A stretch of DNA of 64,000 bases from Betaproteobacteria bacterium. Its GTDB lineage: Bacteria > Pseudomonadota > Gammaproteobacteria > Burkholderiales > SG8-39. Where the stretch lies: contig SHXR01000012.1 of assembly GCA_009693235.1 (NCBI GenBank), forward strand, positions 808 through 64,807, written 5' to 3'. The position numbers were made by a program, and so were the translations under genes. Every line of letters begins with the position of its first letter. Position 1 is the stretch's first letter. The notes beneath the pieces are model-generated. The model was given only the letters and a program-made list of their open reading frames with translations, did no database searches and was not told where the DNA came from. Below are positions 50,616 to 59,301 of this stretch, piece by piece.

Positions 50616-52583
50616 CTACGCTGGAATGACGAGTCGGCCCTTGATGATTTTACGCGTGGGCGTGAGCGGCATCTCCGGGACGATCACCAGCCGCTCCGGC
50701 AGTTTGATCTTGGCGATGTTTTGGGCGGCAAGGTACGCGACAATTTCAGCGAGCGTGATCATCGCGACGCCCGGGCGCAACATCACAAAACAACAAGCCC
50801 GCTCGCCTAACACCGGGTCGGACATCGGGATGATCGCCGACTGCAAAATGACCGGATGCGCATCCAGTAGGTCTTCGATCTCGCGCGGATTGAACTTCAC
50901 GCCGCCACGGTTGATGATGTCTTTGCTGCGGCCGGTGATGGTGACGTTCCCTGCATCGTCCATGCTCGCGAGATCGCCGGACCGATACCAGCCATTGGCG
51001 GTGAATGCGGTCCGGTTGGCAGCCTCGTTGTCATAGAAACCGGGAAAGACGAGGCAGCCGCGCACTTGCAATTCCCCCTCCTCACCAGATGGGAGGGCTC
51101 GATCATCGGCATCCGCGATGCGAATTTCGGTGCCTGGGCTCGCGCGTCCGGCACTCGTCGCTGCGACGTCAAGCGCATCGCCTGGCCGTGAATAGAGCGC
51201 GCCTTGCGTTTCGGTCATACCCCACAGTTGCGTGACCGCGCATTGGGGTGTCTTCGCTTGCAACCATCGCACCAGCTCCGGCGGACAAGCGCTGCCCGAC
51301 AGGATCGCCAATGTGAGCGACGATAAATCGTGCTTATCGAAGAGGCCCTGTGCGCGCATGGCGGCCGCATGCGGCGGACCACACCAGAGGCCGGTTGGGC
51401 GATCGCGTTCGATGGTCACGGCGAGATCGCCTGGCGTGAACGCGGGCAGCAAAACCGTAGCCGCGCCTACTGCCCATGCGACATGCAGGCTATAGAGCCC
51501 GTAGAGGTGGGTGAACGGCGCGGCAGACAGAATGCGATCGTTGGCTGTCACGCGATGTTCCGGCGCGCCGACCCACGCGTTGGAGAGCATCGTGTGATAC
51601 GGATGTGGCACCCCTTTTGGGGCTGAAGTGGTCCCCGATGTGTAAAGCAACAGGAACGGATCGCTCGCAAGCGGCGCGGGATAGCGTGCATCGAGCGGCG
51701 GCGAATGTTCGATGAGGGCGTTCAACGACAAGGTGCCCTCGACTGGCGTGCCGACGGCAACGATAACCTGCAAAGTTGGTATGCGCGATTTGAGCGCGAG
51801 ATAGGTGCGCGCGGGCGACCAGTCTTTGGTGTCCGCCAAGCCGATCGCGGCGACGGCGCGGCTATGTGCAAGCAAGGCCTCCAGTTCCGCGCCCCGATAG
51901 GGCATGTGCAAGGTGCAAAGCACCGCGCCCAAGCGGCAGATGGCCAGATACGCGACCGCGAACTCGATCGTATTGGGCAATTGCACAGTAACCACTTCGC
52001 CCCGCGCGACGCCCGCTTGCCTGAGGCCCTCTGCGAGGCGTGATACTTGATCGGCTAAACCGCGATATGAAATGACGCGATCGCCTTGCATGAGCGCGGG
52101 CGCATCGGGCCGTTCTTTGACGTGCCGACTGATCCAGCCATGCAAGGTGTCATCGCGCCACCAACCGTGGCGGATATATTCGCGGACGAGCAGCGGATCG
52201 AATCGCAATGCCGCGCGCAACCGCAGCGCGCTTTCGGAAAACTTGAAACGTTCCGCGAGTGGGATCACGCGTTCCGGCCGAAAACGCCGTCCGCCGCCAA
52301 GATCGAGGAGATAGGCTTGCTGGCCGGTGCGAAAGCGGCGACTCTCCTCATGATTGCGGATGAACATGACCTGTTCGCGGGAGAGCCCGATGCGTTCGCT
52401 GATTTGCGCATCGGCAAGGCCCATCCCTTCGCGCTGTCGCTCGATCTCAGCCCAATTCAAGGTGCGGATCGGATCGCCCTCCCGCACCTGCAGGTTGTTG
52501 CTCATCTGGAAGATGGTCTCGCCGAACGTGGCGATCATCTCATCGGTTATGCCGAGTTGGGCTCGGGAGAGGCCGCGTGCCAT
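50616..52583 (-). CDS. Aryl/alicyclic acid-CoA ligase (AliA/EntE-like) with an extra ~120-aa N-terminal domain
   Basis: GWW.D.TL, YTSGTTSAPKG, WGMTE, GWYRSGD, GRSKDIINRGG.K, TPTRKI. The N-terminal extension is not part of the AMP-binding fold. Confidence 0.88.
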   Translation of the reverse strand: MARGLSRAQLGITDEMIATFGETIFQMSNNLQVREGDPIRTLNWAEIERQREGMGLADAQISERIGLSREQVMFIRNHEESRRFRTGQQAYLLDLGGGRRFRPERVIPLAERFKFSESALRLRAALRFDPLLVREYIRHGWWRDDTLHGWISRHVKERPDAPALMQGDRVISYRGLADQVSRLAEGLRQAGVARGEVVTVQLPNTIEFAVAYLAICRLGAVLCTLHMPYRGAELEALLAHSRAVAAIGLADTKDWSPARTYLALKSRIPTLQVIVAVGTPVEGTLSLNALIEHSPPLDARYPAPLASDPFLLLYTSGTTSAPKGVPHPYHTMLSNAWVGAPEHRVTANDRILSAAPFTHLYGLYSLHVAWAVGAATVLLPAFTPGDLAVTIERDRPTGLWCGPPHAAAMRAQGLFDKHDLSSLTLAILSGSACPPELVRWLQAKTPQCAVTQLWGMTETQGALYSRPGDALDVAATSAGRASPGTEIRIADADDRALPSGEEGELQVRGCLVFPGFYDNEAANRTAFTANGWYRSGDLASMDDAGNVTITGRSKDIINRGGVKFNPREIEDLLDAHPVILQSAIIPMSDPVLGERACCFVMLRPGVAMITLAEIVAYLAAQNIAKIKLPERLVIVPEMPLTPTRKIIKGRLVIPA

Positions 52584-52586
52584 CGT

Positions 52587-53516
52587 TCAGGGCTTGTTCG
52601 CTGCGGCAGAGCGCGCTTCTTCCGTGCGCAGGATTGGATCGGCTTGTGGGGCCTGTGTGGCGATTGGGCATACCCGCATGCATTCGAAGCATTGTGCAAA
52701 CCAGCCGCCCGATCCGGCCGACACCTTGTACCAAAGCATCTTGCTGTCCGGGTCGAGCAAGCGATCGGCGCCGTGCGAGCGGTTTTCATCGCGCACCGCT
52801 TCAGCGAGGATCTTCGGGACGGCCTCATATTCCTGGGTGAGTTCCGCGCAAGCAGCCATGTCGTAGCGCGAACTCTTTTGCTTCCCTGCATCATCGATTT
52901 CGCCCGATAGACACTGCGCCGGGCAAAACTTCATGCAAGGGGTGCGGCCAATCGAGCGATACATGCTCACACAGGAAGGGGCCGGGCAGGGGTTTTCCGC
53001 CATCGGTTGATCAGGCGGCAATTCGAGTTCGGTGAAGACCGATGCGTAGTACATGAAACCGAACTGCGGATGCAGCAGGATGTCGCCCGCGAAGGAGCGT
53101 GCACCGATCCCGGCAATTTCCGCATGCAATTTCAGGCTTTGTAGCGGCACGCGCGGACCGCTTTCCGGATCGATGTCAGGCGGCACATAGACCGATGGCG
53201 CGCCGAATTTTTGCTCAATGAAGAAGGCGCAGCCGTAGGCCACCGTGTATCCCCGTACCTCGGTGGAGCCGGAGTAGGCCATCGCCTTCGCTGGGAGTTG
53301 CCAAGCACCCTGCGTTTGCCCACCGACGCCCAATGAGATCACCGATTTCACGCGCGGCATGAGATCGGTGGGGCGGTGGCCTGGCGGTGCGATACGTTCG
53401 AGCGCGGCGAGATCGGCGACCCCGACAGCGAGCGCACCGCGCTTTTTGCAGTAATCGAAGATCGCCTGCTTGGCGGCGATTGGGTCGGCGGGGAATCCTT
53501 CGCTTGGGTGTCTCAT
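52587..53516 (-). CDS. Epoxyqueuosine reductase / reductive dehalogenase-fold (cobalamin + 2x4Fe-4S) protein
   Basis: GA..VGVAD, P..KSVIS, LKLHAEIAGIG, LLHPQFG....SVFTELEL.PD, C..C..CMKFCP and C...CFECMRVCP. Confidence 0.75.
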   Translation of the reverse strand: MRHPSEGFPADPIAAKQAIFDYCKKRGALAVGVADLAALERIAPPGHRPTDLMPRVKSVISLGVGGQTQGAWQLPAKAMAYSGSTEVRGYTVAYGCAFFIEQKFGAPSVYVPPDIDPESGPRVPLQSLKLHAEIAGIGARSFAGDILLHPQFGFMYYASVFTELELPPDQPMAENPCPAPSCVSMYRSIGRTPCMKFCPAQCLSGEIDDAGKQKSSRYDMAACAELTQEYEAVPKILAEAVRDENRSHGADRLLDPDSKMLWYKVSAGSGGWFAQCFECMRVCPIATQAPQADPILRTEEARSAAANKP

Positions 53517-53523
53517 GGTGGTC

Positions 53524-54300
53524 TTAGCCGTATGTTTTCATCCAACCAAGCCCGGCAGTTGTCTCGCCTTGAGGGCGATATTCACAACCAATCCAACCCT
53601 TGAAATTGAGCGCGTCGATGACATTGAACAGATGCGGATAGTTCATCTCGCCGACATTGGGTTCGTGGCGACCGGGTACCCCGGCAATCTGGAAATGCGC
53701 GACATCGTGAATGTACCGTTGGATTTTGGTCGTGACATCGCCTTCGACAATTTGGCAATGATAGAGGTCCATCTGCACTTTGAGATTGGGCGCCCCGACT
53801 GCTGCGAGGATGGCATGCGCCTCATCTTGCCGGTTAATAAAGAAGCCTGGAATGTCGCGCGTATTGATCGGTTCGATGAGGGCGGTGACCCCTTGTTTGG
53901 CCGCCTGCCCGGCCGCGTAACGCAGATTCTCGATAAACGTGCGATGCATCGTCTGGCGATCAGCGTCCGGTGCGACGAGTCCGGCCATCACATGTATCTG
54001 TTTGCAATCCAGCACGCCCGCATAATCAAGGGCCTGCGCAATGACCCCGCGAAATTCCGCCTCGCGGCCCGGAATGGCGGCCATGCCGCGTTCACCATGA
54101 TCCCAATCGCCGGGTGGCATGTTGAAGAGCACCTGTTGCAGTCCGTTGTCCTGCAATCGTTTGGCAATATCGGTGGCCGCGAATTCATAGGGAAACAGAA
54201 ATTCGACCGCGCGAAAACCATCCTTGGCGGCCGCTGCGAAGCGATCCAGAAAAGGAAGCTCGGTATAGAGAAACGACAGATTGGCGGCGAAGCGAGGCAT
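53524..54300 (-). CDS. hyi: Hydroxypyruvate isomerase / 2-oxo-tetronate isomerase (Hyi/OtnI)
   Basis: [43 protein letters not shown]. Confidence 0.9.
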   Translation of the reverse strand: MPRFAANLSFLYTELPFLDRFAAAAKDGFRAVEFLFPYEFAATDIAKRLQDNGLQQVLFNMPPGDWDHGERGMAAIPGREAEFRGVIAQALDYAGVLDCKQIHVMAGLVAPDADRQTMHRTFIENLRYAAGQAAKQGVTALIEPINTRDIPGFFINRQDEAHAILAAVGAPNLKVQMDLYHCQIVEGDVTTKIQRYIHDVAHFQIAGVPGRHEPNVGEMNYPHLFNVIDALNFKGWIGCEYRPQGETTAGLGWMKTYG

Positions 54301-54339
54301 TGTTGTGGACGGGGAGGAGGGCGATCGTTGGCGGGCTGC

Positions 54340-55140
54340 TTATTTGGCCGGATTCTCGACCATTTCGGCGGTGCAGAACGCGCCGCCTTGATGCGCGTCA
54401 GCGATCGCATCGCCGGTCGTGGCCGGATGCGCACGCAAGACCTCGGCGGCGAAATCTTCGCTGCGATCGACCGGCCGATAGCCAAGGCATTGGGCGTTGG
54501 TGTTGTCCCACCAGCCCCGCGCGTTGTCGGAGGCGCCATAGACGATTGCGAAGCGGATGTCCGGATGCTCCAATCCGATGCCGATCAATTGCGCGAGATC
54601 ACGCGGACTGATCCAGATCGACAGCCTGCGCACATCGATCGGCTGCATGGCGGCATTGCCGATGCGAATGCAAAGCGACGACACATCGTACTTGTCGGCA
54701 TAGAGGCTTGCCACGCCTTCACCGAACATTTTAGAGAGTCCATAGCGGCCATCGGGCCGCGGATACGGGGTGTGATCAATCCGCGCGGTGCGCTTATAAA
54801 AGCCCATCGCGTGATTGCTGGTCGCAAAGATGACCCGCTTAACGCCATTCCGCCGCGCGGCCTCATAGAGATTGTAGGCGCCAATGATATTGGACTGCAG
54901 GATCGTCTCCCATGGGCCTTCCACCGAATAGCCGCCCAGATGAATGATCCCATCCACGCCTTCGGTGACGCGCAGCATGTCGTCCAGCGACGCGCAATCG
55001 CCCGCCATGAATGATTCGCTCGCGCCGAGTGTGGTAAGCGGGCGCATGTCGGACAGGCGCAAGCGATAGCGATTGGCGAATTCCTTCCGGAGGAAGGTGC
55101 CTACACCGCCGGTGGCGCCGGTCATTAGGATTGATTTCAT
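54340..55140 (-). CDS. NAD-dependent oxidoreductase, uronate dehydrogenase-like
   Basis: MTGATGGVG, FATSNHA.G, PDGRYGLSK, IRIG, WISPRD, YGASDN...WWDN. Confidence 0.85.
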   Translation of the reverse strand: MKSILMTGATGGVGTFLRKEFANRYRLRLSDMRPLTTLGASESFMAGDCASLDDMLRVTEGVDGIIHLGGYSVEGPWETILQSNIIGAYNLYEAARRNGVKRVIFATSNHAMGFYKRTARIDHTPYPRPDGRYGLSKMFGEGVASLYADKYDVSSLCIRIGNAAMQPIDVRRLSIWISPRDLAQLIGIGLEHPDIRFAIVYGASDNARGWWDNTNAQCLGYRPVDRSEDFAAEVLRAHPATTGDAIADAHQGGAFCTAEMVENPAK

Positions 55141-55143
55141 CTC

Positions 55144-55293
55144 GAGAAGAGGGAAGGGAAAAGGGAGAAGGGAACGCCAACCGGTTTGTTGGCGTCTATT
55201 CTGGCATTCAACGCCGCGCGGCGTTGCATGCCATGCGGCTATCTTGAATGGGGAATCATTGTTACCCTTCACCTTGCACTTTTCACTCTTCAC
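55144..55293. repeat. Two opposed degenerate heptamer arrays flanking a divergent intergenic region
   Basis: GAGAAGA-GGGAAGG-GAAAAGG-GAGAAGG (55144-55171) and CTTCACC-TTGCACT-TTTCACT-CTTCAC (55267-55293). Confidence 0.55.
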
Positions 55294-55306
55294 GCGTTAG
55301 CACAGC

Positions 55307-57385
55307 ATGCCCAACCGCCTCGCCCAAGAAACCAGTCCCTACCTTCAGCAGCACGCCGACAATCCGGTCGATTGGTATCCATGGGGCGAGGTGGCGCTGG
55401 CGAAATCGCGCGCCGAAAACAAGCCGATTCTCCTTTCCATCGGTTATTCGGCGTGCCACTGGTGCCATGTGATGGCGCATGAATCGTTCGAGGATCCGGC
55501 GGTTGCGCAGGTGATGAACGAGCATTTCGTCAATATCAAGGTCGATCGCGAGGAGCGCCCCGACATCGATCAGATCTATCAGCTCGCCCACCAGATGCTT
55601 GCGAAACGATCCGGTGGTTGGCCGCTCACCATGTTTCTCACGCCCGACCAGGTGCCTTTTTTCGGTGGTACGTACTACCCGAAGAGCGCGCGGCACAATT
55701 TGCCAGGATTCGTCCACATCATGGAACGGGTGGTGCAGGCGTTTCGCGAGCGCCGCCCCGAGATCGACGAGCAGAACCACATCGTGTTCGAAGCGCTGAA
55801 TGAGCAAATGGCACCACCGACGTCGACCGATGATGGGTGGTCCATGGCGCCGATCGAACGGGCGGTAACGATGCTTCAAACGAGCTTTGATCGCGAGCAT
55901 GGCGGCTTTGGCGCTGCGCCTAAATTTCCGCATCCATCCGATCTTGCATTGCTCTTGCGGGATGCTGCGCGCCGCGGGCATAAACAGTCCCTGCATGTGG
56001 TGACGCATACGCTTGCCAAAATGGCAGCGGGCGGCATTTACGATCATCTCGCCGGCGGCTTCTGTCGCTATTCGGTGGACGCGCAGTGGCAGATTCCGCA
56101 TTTCGAGAAAATGCTCTACGACAACGGTTCGCTGCTTAGTCTTTACACCACCGCCTGGACTGCAACCAAGCATCCCCAGTTTGCACGCATCGTGGCCGCA
56201 ACCGCCGATTGGATGCTGCGCGAAATGCAGTCGCCAGAGGGCGGCTACTACTCTTCGTTTGATGCGGACTCAGAGGGCGAGGAGGGAAAATTCTATGTAT
56301 GGTCGCGCGATGAAATTCGCGCGCTTCTCTCCGACGAACAATTCGCAGTGTGCAGTCTCCATTTGGGATTGGACCGCGCGCCAAATTATGAGACGACCCA
56401 TTGGCACCTTACGGTTGCGCTAGACATTGCGGCGGTTGCCGAGAAAGTCGGTCGTCCGGCCGAGGAATGCGAGCGACTCGTCAACGCCGCGCGCGCAGTG
56501 CTGCTTGGCGTACGCAATAAGCGAGTGTGGCCCGGTCGAGACGACAAGATCCTCACCAGTTGGAACGCCCTCGCCATCGCGGGCATGGCGCGCGCGGCGC
56601 GGGTGTTTGATCGTCCGGATTGGCTAGCGTCGGCGCATCGTGCGGTCGACTTTATTCTGCGCACGCTGTGGCGCAACGGGCGGCTCTTGGCAACCTATAA
56701 GGACGGCCACGCCCATCTCAATGCTTATCTGGATGACTACGCCTATCTGGTCGATGCGCTCATTGAACTGGTCCAAGCGGAGTTCCGGCCGGCGGATTTG
56801 GCGTTTGCCCGCGCATTGGCGGATGCACTGATTCTGCATTTTGAGGATGCGGACCAGGGCGGCTTCTTTTTCACCAGCCATGATCATGAGCGGTTGATCC
56901 AGCGCACCAAGGCGGCACACGACGGCGCGACGCCCGCCGGCAACGGCATGGCGGCTTTCGCGCTCAATCGACTTGGGCATCTGACCGGCGATGTGCGTTA
57001 TATCGCCGCGGCAGAACGTACCGTCCGTGCCTTTCATGCACAAATCGACCAACACCCACCGGCGTTCGCCACGCTTCTTGGTGCGTTGGAGGAGTTGCTC
57101 AATCCGACGCGAATGGTCGTGCTGACCGGTGTCAAGGCGACGGTGCGGACTTGGATCACGCCGGTCAGCCGGCAGTACCGACCCGATGCGATGGTGGTGG
57201 CGGTCGATTCCCGCGCAGAGGACCTTCCCGCAACCCTTGCCAGGCCAGCACCCCCGGACGGTGTCAACGCCTATGTTTGTCAGGGCGTTCGCTGTGCTGC
57301 GCCGGTCGCGAGCATCGAGGCACTCACTAGCTTGCTCACGGAAGGCGTGGTGCCGGGATTGGAAGTCGGTAAATCCACCTGGTGA
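55307..57385 (+). CDS. Thioredoxin-domain / six-hairpin glycosidase-like protein (YyaL/SSP411 family)
   Basis: [56 protein letters not shown]. Confidence 0.93.
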   Translation: MPNRLAQETSPYLQQHADNPVDWYPWGEVALAKSRAENKPILLSIGYSACHWCHVMAHESFEDPAVAQVMNEHFVNIKVDREERPDIDQIYQLAHQMLAKRSGGWPLTMFLTPDQVPFFGGTYYPKSARHNLPGFVHIMERVVQAFRERRPEIDEQNHIVFEALNEQMAPPTSTDDGWSMAPIERAVTMLQTSFDREHGGFGAAPKFPHPSDLALLLRDAARRGHKQSLHVVTHTLAKMAAGGIYDHLAGGFCRYSVDAQWQIPHFEKMLYDNGSLLSLYTTAWTATKHPQFARIVAATADWMLREMQSPEGGYYSSFDADSEGEEGKFYVWSRDEIRALLSDEQFAVCSLHLGLDRAPNYETTHWHLTVALDIAAVAEKVGRPAEECERLVNAARAVLLGVRNKRVWPGRDDKILTSWNALAIAGMARAARVFDRPDWLASAHRAVDFILRTLWRNGRLLATYKDGHAHLNAYLDDYAYLVDALIELVQAEFRPADLAFARALADALILHFEDADQGGFFFTSHDHERLIQRTKAAHDGATPAGNGMAAFALNRLGHLTGDVRYIAAAERTVRAFHAQIDQHPPAFATLLGALEELLNPTRMVVLTGVKATVRTWITPVSRQYRPDAMVVAVDSRAEDLPATLARPAPPDGVNAYVCQGVRCAAPVASIEALTSLLTEGVVPGLEVGKSTW

Positions 57386-57479
57386 TTTCATTCTCGTGCC
57401 GGAAAGGCACCGAATTCGGTAGACTTCGCGCGCGTCGGGATGAGCAAATCTATTTACGTTGCATTGAGAGGGATTACTA

Positions 57480-57782
57480 ATGAAGCGAATGGTGTTGTTG
57501 GGTGTAGCGACTGCCTTGTTGGCGGGGCCGGTACTGGCGAGCGAAGAATTGCTGAAGAAGAACGCGTGTACAGCTTGCCATGCGATTGATAAGAAGCTGG
57601 TCGGCCCCGGGTACAAAGAAATCTCCGCGAAGTACAAGGGACAGAAAGACGTCGCCGCCAAGCTGGTTGGTAAGGTGAAAAAAGGCGGGCAAGGCACATG
57701 GGGTCCGATTCCGATGCCGCCGAACCCTAACGTGAGCGACGCCGACCTCAACGCGATGATCAAGTTTATCCTCGCGCTCTAG
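57480..57782 (+). CDS. Cytochrome c551/c552 (class I)
   Basis: Signal peptide, CTACH, KLVGP, G.WG.IPMPP axial Met. Confidence 0.95.
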   Translation: MKRMVLLGVATALLAGPVLASEELLKKNACTACHAIDKKLVGPGYKEISAKYKGQKDVAAKLVGKVKKGGQGTWGPIPMPPNPNVSDADLNAMIKFILAL

Positions 57783-57847
57783 ACGATGATTCCCTTGGCG
57801 CCGGCCCACCGCAGGGCCAAACTGCCGAACGTTCTTCCTGGTTTAGT

Positions 57848-57876
57848 TTGACAGACGGTGCACTGGTTTCCATAAT
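57848..57876 (+). promoter_or_regulatory. Sigma-70 promoter for the liv operon
   Basis: TTGACA (57848-57853), 17-bp spacer, CATAAT (57871-57876), about 70 nt upstream of the livK ATG. Confidence 0.7.
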
Positions 57877-57947
57877 CGCGCCTCATTACTCTCCCGCAGT
57901 CTGCAAGCGGGAGCCGGCAGCTCCTCCAAGAAAAAAGGAATACCTCC

Positions 57948-59225
57948 ATGACCCTCAATGGACGCTTGATCATCGCGGGTGTGTCAGCCATCGTGCTGCT
58001 TGGCGCCTGCGGCAAAGAAGAACCGAAACCAGCCGCCAAAGCTGCGGCGCCCGCCGCTCCGGAATCGATCACCATCCGCATCGGACACGTCGGTCCCTTG
58101 ACCGGTGGCATCGCCCACCTCGGCAAAGACAATGAAAATGGCGCGCGTCTTGCTGTGGACGAAGCCAACGCCGCCGGCATCAAGATCGACGGCAAAGCGG
58201 CAAAATTCGAATTGATCGCCGAAGACGACCAGGCCGATCCAAAGGTGGGTACGACCGTAGCGCAAAAGCTGGTGGATGCCAAAGTCGCCGGGATCGTTGG
58301 TCACTTGAATTCAGGGGTCACGATTCCTGCTTCGGAGATCTACAACCAAGCCGGTATCCCGATGATTTCCGGTTCGGCAACCAACCCGCAAGTGACCGAG
58401 CGTGGTTACAAAGTGACGTTTCGTGTGGTCGGGCGTGACGACCAACAAGGCCCCGCCATTGCGCAGTACCTGAGCGCAGAGCGCAAGCCAAAGGTCGTTG
58501 GATTGATCGACGATGCTACCGCCTATGGCGAAGGCATTGCCAACGAAGTCGAGAAGACGCTGAAGGCTGCCGGTATCAAAGTTTTGCCGCGGGAAAAGGG
58601 TACCGACAAGACCACGGATTGGAAGGCGGTGCTGACCAAGGTCCGCCGGGGCAATCCCGACGCAGTGTTCTACGGTGGTATGGACGCAACGGGCGGGCCG
58701 CTGTTAAAGCAGAGTCGCGAGCTTGGTATGAAGGCGGTCTTTTCATTCGGCGATGGCGCTTGCACCAACAAGATGAGCGAGCTGGCTGGGCCCGCCGCTG
58801 AAGGGATGATCTGCTCACAGGCCGGCTTGCCGCCCCAGGCGGCAAGCAAGAAATTTCTCGACGCGTACAAGGCGAAGTTCAACGTCGAGCCGATCCTCTA
58901 CGCGCCGTTTACCTACGATGCGGCGAATCTGCTGATCGCGGCAATGACGAAAGCCAACTCGGCTGATCCGGCCAAGTACCTGCCTGAGCTGGCAAGCATC
59001 AGTCATGCGGGCGCTACCGGCAAGATCAAGTTCGATGAAAAAGGCGACCGCAAGGACGCCGAGATCACGATATTTACGATGAAGGGCGGCAAGATCGAGC
59101 CCACTGCGGTATTGCAGGGTGGCAAGTCGACCAAGTTCGACGACTTCATCAAGGCTGCCGCGGCAGCTGCTGCACCGGCTGCGCCCGCTGCGGCGGAACC
59201 TGCCAAGGACGAAGCGAAAAAGTAA
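57948..59225 (+). CDS. livK: Branched-chain amino acid ABC transporter substrate-binding lipoprotein
   Basis: Lipobox LLGAC, IGHVGPLTG, EDDQADP, GHLNSG, SATNP, YDA. Ala/Pro-rich tails. Confidence 0.93.
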   Translation: MTLNGRLIIAGVSAIVLLGACGKEEPKPAAKAAAPAAPESITIRIGHVGPLTGGIAHLGKDNENGARLAVDEANAAGIKIDGKAAKFELIAEDDQADPKVGTTVAQKLVDAKVAGIVGHLNSGVTIPASEIYNQAGIPMISGSATNPQVTERGYKVTFRVVGRDDQQGPAIAQYLSAERKPKVVGLIDDATAYGEGIANEVEKTLKAAGIKVLPREKGTDKTTDWKAVLTKVRRGNPDAVFYGGMDATGGPLLKQSRELGMKAVFSFGDGACTNKMSELAGPAAEGMICSQAGLPPQAASKKFLDAYKAKFNVEPILYAPFTYDAANLLIAAMTKANSADPAKYLPELASISHAGATGKIKFDEKGDRKDAEITIFTMKGGKIEPTAVLQGGKSTKFDDFIKAAAAAAAPAAPAAAEPAKDEAKK

Positions 59226-59250
59226 GGAATCCATCCCCTTAGGGTGGAAG

Positions 59251-59279
59251 AAGCGGCGCCGCTTGGCGCCGTTTTTTTT
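59251..59279 (+). terminator. Rho-independent terminator/attenuator after livK
   Basis: GCGGCGCC-GCTT-GGCGCCGT hairpin followed by a T8 run. Confidence 0.8.
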
Positions 59280-59301
59280 GGCACAGGAGAAGACAGCGCG
59301 G

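Noticed and set aside
52587-53516. Respiratory reductive dehalogenase or canonical queG
   Set aside because: No Tat signal or rdhB, too short, atypical Cys spacing, and not in the usual queG-tsaE context; kept only as a fold-level call.
53470-55014. 514-aa plus-strand ORF
   Set aside because: Antisense shadow of hyi and the udh-like gene with no family motifs; long antisense ORFs are expected at high GC.
59155-59215. Repeat-like GCT/GCC-rich tract at the livK 3' end
   Set aside because: It encodes an Ala/Pro low-complexity tail, not a DNA repeat element.
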